IMG/VR virus record: IMGVR_UViG_3300012983_001373
Location: 1-64,000 of that record
DNA: 64,000 bases
Source of the DNA: a virus
Taxonomy: Duplodnaviria > Caudoviricetes
Direction: 5' to 3' (one strand)
The notes under the pieces are model-generated. The model ran no database searches and had not been told where the DNA came from. It was given only the letters and a program-made list of their open reading frames with translations. Below, one piece after another: positions 61,928-64,000 of this stretch. The position numbers and the translations under genes were made by a program. Positions within the stretch are counted from its first letter, which is position 1, and each line of letters starts with the position of its first letter.

Positions 61928-63737
61928 CCCCTATTACGATGTATCCGTTTATTGTCGGAACCATCTTAGTATTATAATAGTGTATTTCGTTCATATATTG
62001 TAAATCGCTTGTAGCATATTTATAATTATCGTATATAACGTTTACATCTTCTCCGTCTTGAACAGCTATACTTAAATCATATCTATTATTTATATAATTG
62101 TAGTTTAAGCAATAGCTTTTATCTTTTACATAATCAACTATTATCATTTGATATTTATCTATGTCAGCAAATCTAATTTCTCCTGTTTCTTTATTTATAT
62201 ATCTTAAATTTTCTTCGAAAAGAATATCATATGAATCAGCACAGGCATCTATTGTATCGTTATTAGGTGTTTTAACTTCTAATAATCTATCTAGTTCAAA
62301 TCTACTGTATTTCTTAATACAATAAACTACAACAGAACCAGAAACGTCTAATGGCTTTTCTGCTAATTTTACTGAATATCTTGGTTCAAAATACTCTCTT
62401 TCTGTATTTGTAAAATGATATTTCTTAACGCCGTTTTCATAATAATATCTATATGAGCTTGATAAATCAAATGGTAATTCATGTCCATCAGTTATTACTA
62501 CAGGCGACTTAATTATGCCTGGTATAGTATCTCTTAACTCGTCTTCTAGCGTAACGTTAGAAACAGTTCCATTGTAATCATGTATAACAAAATCTTTTAT
62601 TTTTGAATTTGTATTTGAAAATAATTTTATTATGTTACCTTTTACATTTATAGTTTTAACTAACATGGAGTTAGGATTGTATATGTTTAACACTCCTACT
62701 CCAGTATCTAGACTTTCGTATTCATAAGAATAATAAACTCCGATTGCCAAATTTAAATCGTCGATGCTATAACTTTCTCCATCACAGTTTATAATAAAAT
62801 ATTCATCTACTTCATAAGGAACTGTATTAACTGATGCATTAAATGAAAATTTATTTATATTATCTAAAGTTATAGTTATTAAACTTTCATCTATAATTCT
62901 TATATTATCAAAATCAGGTGATGTTCTAATATAGCTATTGCTTTTTGATGTAGTAATAGCAATGTTTTTAATAGTGCCTTTTGTTCCTTTGAATTTTAAT
63001 GATACAAGAGATTCGTCTTCGTGTACTGTGAATTCTATACCTCTTAATATATTTTTCTCTTCGTCATCTATTCTACTATCATTTGATACAAACACATAAG
63101 GTTTTATATCTGATTCAATAGAGTCATATTTTAGATAATATGTCCCACGAGGTAAAGGAATCTCTATTTGTTCTATTTCTGCAAGTCCATTACAATTTGT
63201 TAAAACAAATCCGTCTTGAATAAAATCTATATAGCCACCATTAGTATGTTGCATGTTAACAGTCCAACCAAATGGTATAGCTGAAGCTATTGAGATATTG
63301 TTTATAACATTATCTTTATTAGAATAAAAGCCTATATAATAATCTTCCATATCATAATCACTTTTAAATTCTGTAATAACATATCCTCCTACAGATATAG
63401 CGAATATGTTTGATTGTTTTTGTAATATGATTTTTAAATCATCAGTACCTGCTATAGAGAGTGCGGCTCTATAAGAGCCAAGCACTCGTTGTAAGTCATT
63501 TTCTTTATATATAACTTCAAGTGATTTGTGTGTTAATTTAAACATTATTATTCCATTGCTTTTAGTTAATGTATGACTTGTTGCATTTATAAGCATTATT
63601 CCAAAGCCATTATTTATATAATCTACAGACACTTCAATACGACAGTCTCCTGAATAAATATGATTGTCATATAAAACATCTTTCTCATAAAAAGTAATTC
63701 TATCTTCTGTACTTATTCTACAATTAGATTGAAGCAA
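61914..63737 (-). CDS. Putative virion structural protein
   Basis: 607-aa beta-rich ORF in the same operon. Confidence 0.6.
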   Translation of the reverse strand: MLQSNCRISTEDRITFYEKDVLYDNHIYSGDCRIEVSVDYINNGFGIMLINATSHTLTKSNGIIMFKLTHKSLEVIYKENDLQRVLGSYRAALSIAGTDDLKIILQKQSNIFAISVGGYVITEFKSDYDMEDYYIGFYSNKDNVINNISIASAIPFGWTVNMQHTNGGYIDFIQDGFVLTNCNGLAEIEQIEIPLPRGTYYLKYDSIESDIKPYVFVSNDSRIDDEEKNILRGIEFTVHEDESLVSLKFKGTKGTIKNIAITTSKSNSYIRTSPDFDNIRIIDESLITITLDNINKFSFNASVNTVPYEVDEYFIINCDGESYSIDDLNLAIGVYYSYEYESLDTGVGVLNIYNPNSMLVKTINVKGNIIKLFSNTNSKIKDFVIHDYNGTVSNVTLEDELRDTIPGIIKSPVVITDGHELPFDLSSSYRYYYENGVKKYHFTNTEREYFEPRYSVKLAEKPLDVSGSVVVYCIKKYSRFELDRLLEVKTPNNDTIDACADSYDILFEENLRYINKETGEIRFADIDKYQMIIVDYVKDKSYCLNYNYINNRYDLSIAVQDGEDVNVIYDNYKYATSDLQYMNEIHYYNTKMVPTINGYIVIGGGPN

Positions 63738-64000
63738 TTACATCACCTCTAATTCTATATTATTAAATTTCACATATGTCTGACGAGATTTTAATACTAC
63801 TTTATATTGAACAAATCTTGCATCTTTTAATAACACATTATTTGTTATATTGAAATTAGCATTAAAAGGTATTAACTTCCATTCGCTCCAAACATCAACT
63901 CTGTTAACATCACGAGATGATCTTATATATATCATAACGTTATTAACATCACTTACATCTTCTATATCAAGTTTTTTAACTTTTACATCTATAATATCTT
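63738..64000 (-). CDS. 3' end of a larger structural protein (5'-partial)
   Basis: The frame stays open from 63935 to the window edge (DIIDVKVKKLDIEDVSDVNNV-MIYIRSS...WSEW...RFVQYKV). Confidence 0.7.
   Translation of the reverse strand, partial: DIIDVKVKKLDIEDVSDVNNVMIYIRSSRDVNRVDVWSEWKLIPFNANFNITNNVLLKDARFVQYKVVLKSRQTYVKFNNIELEVM

Overview
AT-rich segment of a large (jumbo-type) tailed phage, probably infecting an anaerobic Firmicute (Clostridia-like codon usage and RBSs; anaerobic NrdDG). The + strand (1-33.5 kb) carries small early genes and replication/nucleotide-metabolism genes: PcrA, two SNF2 helicases, Gam, DnaG, HU, dUTPase, NrdD/NrdG and DnaE. It then encodes a 1795-aa multi-domain peptidoglycan hydrolase and tRNA-Thr(GGU). 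The - strand (33.6-64 kb) is a virion tail/baseplate/fibre block. Two related group I introns with different homing endonucleases (HNH; LAGLIDADG) interrupt an AAA ATPase and a SNF2 helicase, and splice sites that restore the ATPase motifs can be read directly. Most notable is a phage-encoded class B sortase next to its apparent cell-wall-anchored substrate and a frameshifted small membrane gene. Also notable: a Ycf46-AAA/DUF1257/DUF2997 module, three apparently catalytically dead enzyme homologues, an in-frame TAA inside dnaE, a candidate late-promoter motif with RBS-occluding hairpins, a candidate anti-RBS sRNA, and His/Tyr/Cys-rich inserts in a giant virion protein. All family assignments are motif recognition by eye, not database searches.
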